From: Candidatus Zambryskibacteria bacterium RIFCSPLOWO2_01_FULL_39_39
Lineage (GTDB): Bacteria > Patescibacteriota > Minisyncoccia > Phycocordibacterales > WO2-35-19
Assembly (NCBI GenBank): GCA_001823925.1
Contig: MHWB01000013.1
Location: forward strand, 9,338-73,337
Reading direction: 5' to 3'
Length of the DNA: 64,000 nt
Positions 1 through 8,540 of this stretch are shown piece after piece (position 1 is the stretch's first letter; each line of letters starts with the position of its first letter). The position numbers were made by a program, and so were the translations under genes. The notes beneath the pieces were generated by a model. The model did not search any database. It had not been told where the DNA came from and saw only the letters and a program-made list of their open reading frames with translations.

Positions 1-1277
1 TCACCTTCTTTAAGGATGCTATGCATAGGAGAAAGTTTGCCGTTTATTTTTACTCCCGACATTTTGTTGCCTATATCTGAATGGATCAGATAAGCAAAAT
101 CAATAGCCGAAGATCCGACCGGCAAATCAACCACATCCCCTTTGGGTGTAAAAACGAATATTCTCTCGCTTAAAAAATCTTTCTTTATTTCTGTTACTGA
201 ATGTGGAAGCATAGATTCTATCCACGGCGTCAGATGCTTTCTGTCGCCTCCTTTATAAAGAGCGTGAGCGGCCACCCCATACTCTGATTCATGATGCATT
301 TCTTCTGTTCGTATTTGTATTTCTACTAAATCTCCGTTTCCGGTAAATACAGTGGTGTGCAAACTTTGGTAGCCATTTTGTTTTGGGCGGGCAATATAAT
401 CTTTGATCCTGCCAGGCAAAGGTTTCCAAGAAGAGTGAATGATGCCAAGTGCTCGGTAGCAATCCTCGGTTTTTTCAACAGTCAATCTAATTGCCAAAAT
501 ATCGTATATTTTTTCAATATCCTTTTTATTTTTTAAATATTTTTTGTACAGACTGTATAGACCTTTGACCCTGTAGTCAGAACGAAAATTGACGAAACTG
601 GCCTTGGCCAACTCCTTCATAACTGATTTCATAAATTTCTCTAGATTTTCAAGTCTCTCGCTATAATTTTCCTTGAAGACGGAAGATATTTCAGCATATC
701 CATCTTTGTAGACAAAGGGAAATGCCAAATCTTCAAGCTCGCGAGAAAGTTTGCGGATACCAAGGCGATAAGCAATAGGAGCATAAATCTCCAATGTTTC
801 TCTGGCGATTCTTTCTTGTTTTTCTAATGGTAAGAAAGAAAGAGTGCGCATATTGTGAAGACGGTCACAAAGTTTTACCATGAGGACTCGGATATCTTTT
901 GAAGTTGCCAAGAGTAATTTGCGCAATGATTCGTTGTGACGATCGGCTCCGTGGTATTTTAAAGCGCCAAGTTTAGAAACACCCAAGACTATAAACAAAA
1001 CTTCTTTACCAAATTCTTTCTCAATCATTTCAGGTGGGGTCTCTGTATCTTCTAAAATGTCGTGCAAAAATCCAGCCACGATAGTTGTAGTATCCATCCC
1101 CAACTCGGCAATATTTTTGGCTGTTTCAAAAAGGTGATTAAAATACGGCTCGCCACTCAGGCGTCTTTGTCCCTCATGCTTTACTCTGGCAAATTCATAT
1201 GCTTTTTTTATAAAATCCTTTTCCTCCTCGTCAGCTTTAATTAAGAGAGATATTAATTTTTCTAAGTCTTTTTCCAT
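1..1277 (-). CDS. relA: Bifunctional (p)ppGpp synthetase/hydrolase RelA/SpoT family, C-terminally truncated by window edge
   Basis: Minus-strand translation from ATG at 1277 (RBS GGAAGGAG) gives MEKDLEKLISLL...HD domain motif (HDILEDT), RelA/SpoT synthetase region (LHTTVF...EIQIRT) and TGS-like region. Runs off window start so absent from ORF track. Confidence 0.8.
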   Translation of the reverse strand, partial: MEKDLEKLISLLIKADEEEKDFIKKAYEFARVKHEGQRRLSGEPYFNHLFETAKNIAELGMDTTTIVAGFLHDILEDTETPPEMIEKEFGKEVLFIVLGVSKLGALKYHGADRHNESLRKLLLATSKDIRVLMVKLCDRLHNMRTLSFLPLEKQERIARETLEIYAPIAYRLGIRKLSRELEDLAFPFVYKDGYAEISSVFKENYSERLENLEKFMKSVMKELAKASFVNFRSDYRVKGLYSLYKKYLKNKKDIEKIYDILAIRLTVEKTEDCYRALGIIHSSWKPLPGRIKDYIARPKQNGYQSLHTTVFTGNGDLVEIQIRTEEMHHESEYGVAAHALYKGGDRKHLTPWIESMLPHSVTEIKKDFLSERIFVFTPKGDVVDLPVGSSAIDFAYLIHSDIGNKMSGVKINGKLSPMHSILKEG

Positions 1278-3580
1278 CTCCTTCCTATTTTTTTAGGCTC
1301 TTTTAATATTTCGAGAGCGCGTTCTAGAGTTATTTTATATACATCGTCTGTTTTGAGAGAACGAAAATCTTTTTGGTGGACGATATATGGTCCAAACCTG
1401 CCAATATTGGCAGAGATCATTTCTCCTGTTTCTGGCTGTGGCCCAAGCTCTCTTGGTAAACTCAAATATTTGAGTGCTTCATCCAAAGTAACACTATTTG
1501 GATCTTTATCTTTGGGGATACTTGATCTCCTTGGTTTTTCTTTCTTTTCTTTTTTAGTTTTTTCTTTTGGATTTGGTGCTTCGGATTTTGAATTTTGTCC
1601 CCCCAACTGTACATAAGGCCCAAACCTACCGTCCATTATAAAAACCGGAAGCCCTGTTGCACTGTCAACTCCAATAGGTTCTGCTTCCTTTATTTCAGAA
1701 CCGTCAATATTTCGCATACCCTTGCAATCTGGAAATTTTTCGCAACTCAAAAATTTGCCTCCCTTACCGAGCTTGATTATCATACCTGCGCCACAGATGG
1801 GGCATTTAAGTTTGGGATCGGCGTCTCCTAGGTTAGTGAGTTTGGCCGTCTTTTCCTTTTCTTTTACATCTTTCAAAAATGGTTTATAAAATTCTCGCAG
1901 AGTTGGTTCGTACTCTCTTTTACCTTCTGCAATTTGGTCAAGTTCATCTTCCATTTCGGCAGTGAAGGTGTCGCTTATATAATTTTCAAAATTATTTTCT
2001 AAAAATGTTGAGACGACATCGCCGGTGTCTGTCGGTTTAAGTGTCCGACCATCTTTATCTACATAACCTCTATCTATGATGGTACCGATGATAGAAGCAT
2101 AGGTGCTAGGTCTGCCAATACCCCTTTTTTCCAATTCTTTGATGAGCCCAGCTTCGCTATATCTGTTTGGTGGTTCGGTCTGTTTTTCTTCTTGTTTTAA
2201 ATCTAATAAGGAAAGATTATCTCCTTGTTTAACTTTTGGCAACAAGGTATCCTCACTCTTTGCTTCTGGGTCAGCCATGAGCCAGCCACTTTTTATAACT
2301 CGGGAGCCATTGGCTGCAAAATCTGGGACGGTGGCAATGTCAAAGACGGGCTTTTTGGAAATTTCTTCAAAGCCCGTCTTTGACATTGCGGACACCTGCG
2401 CCGTTATCTTGGTACGCATCATCAAGGCATCTTGCATTTGGGAGGCGACAGCTCTCTGCCATATCAGTTGGTACAACTTCTTTTGATCATCATTTGCGCC
2501 AGCATTCTCTTTTTCAAAATGAGTGGGCCTTATCGCTTCGTGAGCCTCCTGGGCATTTTTGGATTTAGTTTTATAAGTGCGAATTTGGTGAAGTTCTGCT
2601 CCAAATTTTTTTGTTACCACACTTTTTATTTGCCCCAATGCTACAGTCGCCATATTTAAACTATCAGTACGCATATAGGTGATGTGTCCAGCTTCATAAA
2701 GTTTTTGAGCCACCATCATCGTCCGCTTAGGACTAAACCCTAGTCTAGTACTTGCTACTTGTTGTAAAGTAGAGGTGGTAAAAGGGGCTTTGGGCGCTCT
2801 CTTTACTTCGGTCTCGGTCACATCTTTGACAGACCAAACTCCTTCTTTGGCTACATTATAAATTTTATCCGCCTCAATTTTTGTTTTTGGTTCTTCCTCG
2901 CAAAAAGCAGTGAAGGTAGCAATGTCAAGGGCGGGCTTTGAAGAAATTTCCAAAAAGCCCGCCCTTGACATTGCACCCACTTTCAAATTTGCAGAAATAA
3001 CGAAAAATGTCTCTGGTTTGAAAGCTCGTATCTCTCGCTCTTTTTCCATTAGTATTCGCAAAGCTGGGGATTGAACTCGGCCAGCCGAAAGACCGTATCT
3101 GACTTTTTTCCAAATAAGTCCCGATAAGTCATATCCCACCAGTCTATCAAGCACCCTTCTGGCTTCTTGGGCCTTTCTCAAATTTTGATCAATACTTCTG
3201 GGGTGTTTGAGAGCTTCCTCGATCGCTTCCTTGGTAATTTCGTGATAAGTAACTCTGCTAATCTTTTTCTTGCTTCCAAAATCATCTTTAATTATTTCAG
3301 CCAAGTGCCAAGCGATAGCCTCACCTTCTCGGTCGGGGTCGGTCGCGAGCAAAACTTCATCTGCCTTTTTTACAAGAGCTTTTATCTCTGCGACCACCTT
3401 TTCTTTACCCTTTGAAATTTCATAGTGGGGGATAAAGCCACCTTCTATGTCGATGGCTTTTTTATTACTTTTTGGCAGATCACGAATATGGCCGACGCTA
3501 GCTACAACCTCGTATTCACTTCCTATATATTTGCCAATAGTTTTTGCTTTGGCAGGGGATTCTACAATTAATAATTTCAT
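1262..3580 (-). CDS. topA: DNA topoisomerase I
   Basis: 772 aa; N-terminal TOPRIM MKLLIVESPAKAKTIGKYIG, C-terminal Zn-ribbon CPICGAGMII...CEKFPDC; carries two in-frame palindromic insertions (see repeats). Confidence 0.9.
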   Translation of the reverse strand: MKLLIVESPAKAKTIGKYIGSEYEVVASVGHIRDLPKSNKKAIDIEGGFIPHYEISKGKEKVVAEIKALVKKADEVLLATDPDREGEAIAWHLAEIIKDDFGSKKKISRVTYHEITKEAIEEALKHPRSIDQNLRKAQEARRVLDRLVGYDLSGLIWKKVRYGLSAGRVQSPALRILMEKEREIRAFKPETFFVISANLKVGAMSRAGFLEISSKPALDIATFTAFCEEEPKTKIEADKIYNVAKEGVWSVKDVTETEVKRAPKAPFTTSTLQQVASTRLGFSPKRTMMVAQKLYEAGHITYMRTDSLNMATVALGQIKSVVTKKFGAELHQIRTYKTKSKNAQEAHEAIRPTHFEKENAGANDDQKKLYQLIWQRAVASQMQDALMMRTKITAQVSAMSKTGFEEISKKPVFDIATVPDFAANGSRVIKSGWLMADPEAKSEDTLLPKVKQGDNLSLLDLKQEEKQTEPPNRYSEAGLIKELEKRGIGRPSTYASIIGTIIDRGYVDKDGRTLKPTDTGDVVSTFLENNFENYISDTFTAEMEDELDQIAEGKREYEPTLREFYKPFLKDVKEKEKTAKLTNLGDADPKLKCPICGAGMIIKLGKGGKFLSCEKFPDCKGMRNIDGSEIKEAEPIGVDSATGLPVFIMDGRFGPYVQLGGQNSKSEAPNPKEKTKKEKKEKPRRSSIPKDKDPNSVTLDEALKYLSLPRELGPQPETGEMISANIGRFGPYIVHQKDFRSLKTDDVYKITLERALEILKEPKKIGRRWKKT
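2335..2388. repeat. 54-bp palindromic element (TGTCAAAG stem) inserted in frame in topA, encodes MSKTGFEEISKKPVFDIAT
   Basis: tgtcaaagacgggcttt / aaagcccgtctttgaca perfect 17-bp stems around loop ttggaaatttcttcaa. Confidence 0.7.
2920..2973. repeat. Second copy of same palindromic element in topA, opposite orientation, encodes MSRAGFLEISSKPALDIAT
   Basis: tgtcaagggcgggcttt / aaagcccgcccttgaca stems; loop is reverse complement of loop of copy at 2335. Confidence 0.7.
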
Positions 3581-3688
3581 GACACGACACTAATTACGAA
3601 TAAGGAACGAATGACACAAATAAATTAAGAATAATAGGATAAGGATATGTTATAAAAATAAAAAAAGCAAAAATACCTCACCCCCCAA

Positions 3689-3714
3689 CCCCTCTCCTAG
3701 ATGTAGGAGAGGGG
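3689..3714. repeat. GC-rich hairpin cccctctcct-agatgt-aggagagggg (possible bidirectional terminator between topA and flp-like gene)
   Basis: perfect 10-bp inverted repeat in AT-rich intergenic DNA; member of CCCTC..GAGGG hairpin family. Confidence 0.5.
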
Positions 3715-3807
3715 AGGAAAATAATAAATTTGTAAATAAAAAACCACCCCATGGAGATCTGTGTGCCGTGTCGGCTCACAAATCTCCACGAGGTCGGCTG
3801 TTTTCCG

Positions 3808-4251
3808 TTACATCCCATCGTTTCTGTCGTTCTCAGCCCGCTCCTTCCGGCGCAGGACGATCAAACTAAGGAAAAGTGCTGCCAGAATGGCGGCTCCTAC
3901 TCTCACGATAAGCGTAGGTATGTCTCGCAGAGACAAAATTTTACCCACAATCGGGGTAACTGTTTCTGCCACTGAGCCGAAGGTTACCACGACGGCGACG
4001 GCGACAAAGCCGGCCATCAATGCGTATTCAACCAGATCCTGACCGCGAGTGTCCGCGGACATCGACCTGAAAAAGTCGTTGGTTGACCGGCAGATCACGC
4101 GTCGCCGGTAGTAAATCAAGAGTCCCGCCACAAAAATCAGCGGGAACACAACAACAAACAAAAGACCCATACCCATAACGTAACGCCTCCTATCCACAAG
4201 TATAGCATAGTTGGCACTTCCTGTCAAGATGTCAAGGTTCGACCTTGACAT
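3808..4251 (-). CDS. Flp/Fap-family type IVb pilin-like protein (true start probably internal GTG near 4130)
   Basis: Motif RGQDLVEYALMAGFVAVAVVV matches Flp prepilin G/xxxxEY cleavage motif plus hydrophobic helix; lies in a ~450-bp segment of markedly higher GC than flanks. Confidence 0.45.
   Translation of the reverse strand: MSRSNLDILTGSANYAILVDRRRYVMGMGLLFVVVFPLIFVAGLLIYYRRRVICRSTNDFFRSMSADTRGQDLVEYALMAGFVAVAVVVTFGSVAETVTPIVGKILSLRDIPTLIVRVGAAILAALFLSLIVLRRKERAENDRNDGM
4229..4251. repeat. Short palindrome atgtcaagg-ttcga-ccttgacat flanked by tgtcaag direct repeats
   Basis: perfect 9-bp stems; same TGTCAAGG family as 11970. Confidence 0.6.
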
Positions 4252-4255
4252 TGTG

Positions 4256-5146
4256 TCAAGAAAGCCTTATTTCACCGAGAGTTTCTTTGATGAGGCACTT
4301 GAGTTCCAAAAGAGAGAGTAGAGTTTGGGTTTCGCCGACTGATATCTGGTGTTCCAGATTTGCCTGTCTCAAAATCTCATCGCGTGGCAATGGTTCTATC
4401 AAAAGTTTTATAATGAGCATTTCTTTTTCCGAACAATCAAAATATTTTTCCTCGTCACTCTGAGACTTTGCGGAAGCAGACTCATCATTTTCCAAATGCA
4501 ACGCTTCCAATAAGTCGTCACTGTCCCTTATTGGTGTGGCTCCAAGACGAATGAGCATATGAGGACCTTGGCTTGTGGTATTAAAAATACTGCCAGGTAG
4601 AGCTAAGACATCTCTATTATATTCGGTCGCTAATCGCGCAGTGATTAAAGTACCTGACTTTTTTTCTGCTTCTATCACCAATGTGGCATGGCTCATACCA
4701 GCCATAATCCTATTTCTTTGAGGGAAGCTCCATTGGGTTGCTTTGAATTCTGAATCAAATTCGTTTAAGAGTGTGCCGCCTTTTTCTACGATTTCCTCTG
4801 CCAGACGAGTATGTGACTGAGGGTGTAAGACATCTAATGAAAGTCCCGAGCCGGGCACGGCGATGGTGGGCAAGTTGTTTTTGAGGGCGGCTCTATGAGC
4901 GATAGAGTCAATGCCTAAAGCCAGACCGGAAACGATAGTAATGGGATAATTTTTCAAACCTTCTATAAAAGTTTCGACCGCCTCCTTTCCATAACTTGTG
5001 TTTTTGCGAGCGCCGACTATGCACAAAAGCTTCCTCTCCCAGTCTGGTATTTTGCCCACATAAAGCAGTTTTTTTGGTAGTTGATTGATTTCTTCCAAGA
5101 GTGGCGGCCAATCTTTTCTCTCTAATTTTTTGATTTCATATTTCAT
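4256..5146 (-). CDS. dprA: DNA processing protein DprA (Smf)
   Basis: 296 aa; Rossmann-like DprA core LCIVGARKNTSYGKEAVE...SGLALGIDSIAHRAAL... Confidence 0.85.
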   Translation of the reverse strand: MKYEIKKLERKDWPPLLEEINQLPKKLLYVGKIPDWERKLLCIVGARKNTSYGKEAVETFIEGLKNYPITIVSGLALGIDSIAHRAALKNNLPTIAVPGSGLSLDVLHPQSHTRLAEEIVEKGGTLLNEFDSEFKATQWSFPQRNRIMAGMSHATLVIEAEKKSGTLITARLATEYNRDVLALPGSIFNTTSQGPHMLIRLGATPIRDSDDLLEALHLENDESASAKSQSDEEKYFDCSEKEMLIIKLLIEPLPRDEILRQANLEHQISVGETQTLLSLLELKCLIKETLGEIRLS

Positions 5147-5193
5147 CTTTTTTAAGCACTCGCATTTATTGTATCATTTGTTATTATTTAAAC

Positions 5194-6474
5194 ATGCTGG
5201 ATATTAAGTTTATAAGGGAAAACGCGGAGTTGGTGCAGGAAGGTGCTAAAAAGAAGCACATTCTTTTTGATGTTGCTAAACTCATAGAAGTTGACGATAA
5301 AAGAAAAATAATAAGTCAAAATTTGGAAGAAAAAAGGGCTAGACAAAACAAAGTAAGTATTGATGTATCTAAAGCGGGACAATCTGGAAATATTGAAGAA
5401 AAAGAAAAACTAATAAAAGAGATGCAACCATTGAAAGAGGAAATGCAAAAAATGGAAGAAGAATTGAAAGAGGTGATGATAGCGTGGCAAAAACTTATGG
5501 TTTCGGTACCAAATATTCCCGACATGTCGGTGCCAGAGGGTGACGACGATGGTACCAATATTGAAGTAAAGAAATGGGGGGAAATTCCAAAATTTAATTT
5601 TACATCAAAAGATCACATTGAACTCATGGAAAATCTTGACTTAGCTGATTTTGAGACTGGCGCTAAAGTTTCTGGCTTCCGAGGTTATTTCTTGAAAAAC
5701 GAGGGAGCGGAACTGGCTTTTGCTATTTGGCAACTGACCATGAATTTATTTAGAGAAAAACACAAAGATTATTCGGTAATGTTTGTGCCGTCACTGGTAA
5801 AAAGGGAGACTCTGCTTGGATCAGGGTATTTGCCACAAGGTGAAGATGATTTATATAAAACTCAAGATGGGGAATATCTTTCCGGTACAGCCGAAGTGGC
5901 TACCATGAGTTATTTTGCCGATAAAATTTTGGACAAGAAAAATTTACCAACGAAGGTCTTAGCTTTTTCCCCGGCCTTTAGAAAGGAAGCTGGGAGTTAT
6001 AGCAAAGACACCAAAGGTCTTTATCGAGTACATGAGTTTATGAAATTTGAGCAAGTGATTTTATGTGAAGCTAGTCACGAAGAAAGTGTAAAGCATCATG
6101 AAGAGTTGCTTTCAAACGCCGAAGAGATGTTACAAGCACTCGGTTTACCATATCATGTAGTTATAAATTGCGGAGGCGATCTGGGCTTAGGACAGGTCAA
6201 AAAATATGACATAGAGACATGGATGCCTTCAAAAGAAAAATACGGCGAGACTCATTCTTGTTCATACTTTCACGACTTCCAAACTCGTCGGCTCAATATA
6301 AAGTACAGAGATACAGATGGAAAATTAAAATTTGCTCATTCTTTAAACAATACAGCCATTGCTACTCCAAGAATACTTATTCAATTAGTTGAAAACAATC
6401 AGCAAGCCGACGGTTCTATCATTATTCCCGAAGTCCTGCGTCCTTATATGGGTGGCAAAAGCAAAATAGAATAA
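5194..6474 (+). CDS. serS: Seryl-tRNA synthetase
   Basis: 426 aa; N-terminal coiled coil then class II core (motifs FRKEAGS, GLYRVHEF, ...). Confidence 0.9.
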   Translation: MLDIKFIRENAELVQEGAKKKHILFDVAKLIEVDDKRKIISQNLEEKRARQNKVSIDVSKAGQSGNIEEKEKLIKEMQPLKEEMQKMEEELKEVMIAWQKLMVSVPNIPDMSVPEGDDDGTNIEVKKWGEIPKFNFTSKDHIELMENLDLADFETGAKVSGFRGYFLKNEGAELAFAIWQLTMNLFREKHKDYSVMFVPSLVKRETLLGSGYLPQGEDDLYKTQDGEYLSGTAEVATMSYFADKILDKKNLPTKVLAFSPAFRKEAGSYSKDTKGLYRVHEFMKFEQVILCEASHEESVKHHEELLSNAEEMLQALGLPYHVVINCGGDLGLGQVKKYDIETWMPSKEKYGETHSCSYFHDFQTRRLNIKYRDTDGKLKFAHSLNNTAIATPRILIQLVENNQQADGSIIIPEVLRPYMGGKSKIE

Positions 6475-6495
6475 CACCCTCGCGCTACGCGTCGA

Positions 6496-6516
6496 CCCCT
6501 CTTATATTAAGAGGGG
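6496..6516. repeat. GC hairpin cccctctta-tat-taagagggg after serS (possible left end of DUF559 element)
   Basis: perfect 9-bp inverted repeat; near-identical hairpin at 7252. Confidence 0.5.
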
Positions 6517-6539
6517 TAAAAACAAAAATAATAAAAAAT

Positions 6540-6866
6540 ATGAGACAGTCAAAAAATGTAAAAATAGTGGTATTTGTACCAGTATCCTATGCGGACGTAA
6601 TTAGAGAAGTAATTGGGAAAAGTGAAGCTGGAAAAATTGGCGACTGTACTCATTGCAGTTTTTCTTCACAGGGTATTGGAAGATTTATACCAAATAATGG
6701 TGCTCACCCAACAATTGGTCAGGTCGGAAAATTAGAATCTGTACAAGAAGAACGTATAGAGTTTATTTGTGGCCGTGATTTTGTAGAAAATGTTGTTGCA
6801 GAAATTAAAAAAGTTCATCCGTATGAGGAGGTTGCTTTCGATTTATATTCATTGGAGGAATTATAA
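6540..6866 (+). CDS. Small NIF3/YqfO-like (PII-fold) domain protein, uncertain
   Basis: 108 aa; pattern VVFVP...HCSF..QG.G.F.P..GA.P.IG...E...ER.E..C.R...E.V...IK.VHPYEEVAFD resembles C-terminal part of NIF3/YbgI family. Confidence 0.3.
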   Translation: MRQSKNVKIVVFVPVSYADVIREVIGKSEAGKIGDCTHCSFSSQGIGRFIPNNGAHPTIGQVGKLESVQEERIEFICGRDFVENVVAEIKKVHPYEEVAFDLYSLEEL

Positions 6867-6880
6867 AAAATGTAATATTA

Positions 6881-7267
6881 ATGAACTCTAAATTTCTTTA
6901 TAATAATAAAGTTTTGAGAGATCGCAGACAAGAGTTAAGAAATGGTGCGACTGAATCGGAAAAAATTCTTTGGAATAATTTGAAACACAGTAAACTCGGA
7001 GGTTTTAAATTTGTAAGACAGTATAGTGTTGGCCCTTATATTCTGGATTTTTATTGTCCAAAATTGCGATTGGCAATAGAATTAGATGGAAGCCAACATA
7101 GCGAGCGAGATGCAATTTTGTATGATAAAGATAGGAATGATTATTTGGACGCTGTGTATATAAAAGTTTTGAGATTTTGGAATATGGAGATAACAAAAAA
7201 TATAAAAGGGTCGATTGATAAAATTTTACAAGAAATACTTAAAGTAGCAGACCCCCTCTTAAAATAA
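6881..7267 (+). CDS. DUF559 (Vsr-like restriction-endonuclease fold) domain protein
   Basis: 128 aa; ILWNNL...FKFVRQYSVGPYILDFYCPKLRLAIELDGSQH...RNDYLD..YIKVLRFWN.EI matches DUF559 pattern; same domain is embedded inside tgt at 49915-50160. Confidence 0.75.
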   Translation: MNSKFLYNNKVLRDRRQELRNGATESEKILWNNLKHSKLGGFKFVRQYSVGPYILDFYCPKLRLAIELDGSQHSERDAILYDKDRNDYLDAVYIKVLRFWNMEITKNIKGSIDKILQEILKVADPLLK

Positions 7268-7274
7268 GAGGGGG
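7252..7274. repeat. GC hairpin ccccctctta-aaa-taagaggggg at 3' end of DUF559 gene
   Basis: perfect 10-bp inverted repeat followed by cagggggtg. Confidence 0.5.
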
Positions 7275-7295
7275 CAGGGGGTGATATGAAATAAT

Positions 7296-8102
7296 ATGCA
7301 TAATACCAGGTATAAAAAAGCCTCTTCTAGGATAAGCAGAAGAAGTGAAGTAAGAAGGTTTTTAAGTTTATTTTTTAAAATAGGGATACCCATCACTTTT
7401 TTGGTCTGTTTGATTTTTCTTTTGCGGGCGGATTTTTTGCAGGTAAAAACTTTTGAAATCTTGGGGGCAGAAGTTATCCAAGTGGCAGAAATCGAAAATA
7501 CTGCTTTGAACTTTACCCTGGGCAATCAGTTTTTTCTGATACCCAAATCAAATCTGTTTTTTTTGAATAAAGAAAAATTAGCATCTGTTTTATTATCAAA
7601 ATTTGGAAGATTAGAGGAAGTGTCCGTGAACAAACACTTTTTAAGTAAAAATATTGAATTAAAGATAGTAGAGAGAAAAGATGACTTTTTTTGGTGTTTG
7701 ATACAGACAGAGTGTTTTTTGATGAGCAAAGATGGGTTGGTCTTTGAATCCTATTCTGCAGAAGCTACGCGAGGCAAGGTAATTTTTGGCGGTATCTTGG
7801 ACGGAGATCCTTTAATGAAAAATTTTGCTACTCCAGAAAAAATGCAAAATTATTCAAATTTAATTAGAGTTTTCAAAGAAGCCGGTTTTGAAGTTTCCTC
7901 TATAAATATAGAATCTTCTGACAAGGCAGTGGCCAAAATTGAAATTGTAGACATAATATTTAATCCAGAGGAGGAGAATCTCTCTCTTACGGCTGAAAAT
8001 GTCGTACTTTTAATAAATGAATTAAAAAGTAAAAATTCCTCCACCACTTTCAATTATATAGATGCTCGTTTTAACAACAAAATTTTTTATAAACTCTACT
8101 GA
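7296..8102 (+). CDS. ftsQ: Cell division protein FtsQ/DivIB-like (POTRA domain)
   Basis: basic N-terminus, one TM helix, then POTRA-like pattern FEILGAEVI...LIPKSNLFFLNKEKLASVLLSKFGRLEEVSVNKHFLSKNIELKIVERK. Confidence 0.5.
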   Translation: MHNTRYKKASSRISRRSEVRRFLSLFFKIGIPITFLVCLIFLLRADFLQVKTFEILGAEVIQVAEIENTALNFTLGNQFFLIPKSNLFFLNKEKLASVLLSKFGRLEEVSVNKHFLSKNIELKIVERKDDFFWCLIQTECFLMSKDGLVFESYSAEATRGKVIFGGILDGDPLMKNFATPEKMQNYSNLIRVFKEAGFEVSSINIESSDKAVAKIEIVDIIFNPEEENLSLTAENVVLLINELKSKNSSTTFNYIDARFNNKIFYKLY

Positions 8103-8138
8103 TAATATTTTTTAGTAGAGTTTGCTATAATATAAGCT

Positions 8139-8540
8139 ATGTCTGAAGTTTACGAAAAGAGTCCATTTCTTTTGGCTTATATAAAGTGGCACTATGGCCG
8201 AGGGCTAAAAGAGCTTTTTGCAGTTTTTGGAAATTTTTTGTGGTTTGTGTCTAATTTTTTTTCATTCAAATTATTACTTAAGACTTTATTTTATCCATGG
8301 AAGAGATTGGGCGAAACTTATGAAGGAGGTCTCAATCTAAACGCTTTTGCCTCCACCCTGATAGTCAATGGACTCATGCGGGCGGTTGGTTTTTGTACCA
8401 AAACCTTAGTGATGCTAGTCGGCCTCGTCTCTTATGTTTTTTTACTTATTTTTTCTTTTTTTATTTTTGTTATCTGGGTTTTAGCACCCATTATACTTTT
8501 GGGTAGCGTCGCTCTGTCGGCAACCTTTTTTGTAATATGA
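8139..8540 (+). CDS. Hypothetical integral membrane protein
   Basis: 133 aa, several hydrophobic helices; stop overlaps next start (ATGA). Confidence 0.4.
   Translation: MSEVYEKSPFLLAYIKWHYGRGLKELFAVFGNFLWFVSNFFSFKLLLKTLFYPWKRLGETYEGGLNLNAFASTLIVNGLMRAVGFCTKTLVMLVGLVSYVFLLIFSFFIFVIWVLAPIILLGSVALSATFFVI

Noticed and set aside
1353-3415. Plus-strand ORFs overlapping topA (1353-1616, 1595-1831, 2103-2486, 2380-2568, 2432-2659, 3167-3415)
   Set aside because: These are shadow ORFs antisense to a well-supported topA. 2103-2486 exists only because the palindromic insert reads similarly on both strands.
3689-3714. Treating every CCCCTC...GAGGGG hairpin as a rho-independent terminator
   Set aside because: Most lack a downstream T-run, and several are inside coding regions in frame, so they behave as a repeat family. 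Some intergenic copies may still terminate transcription.
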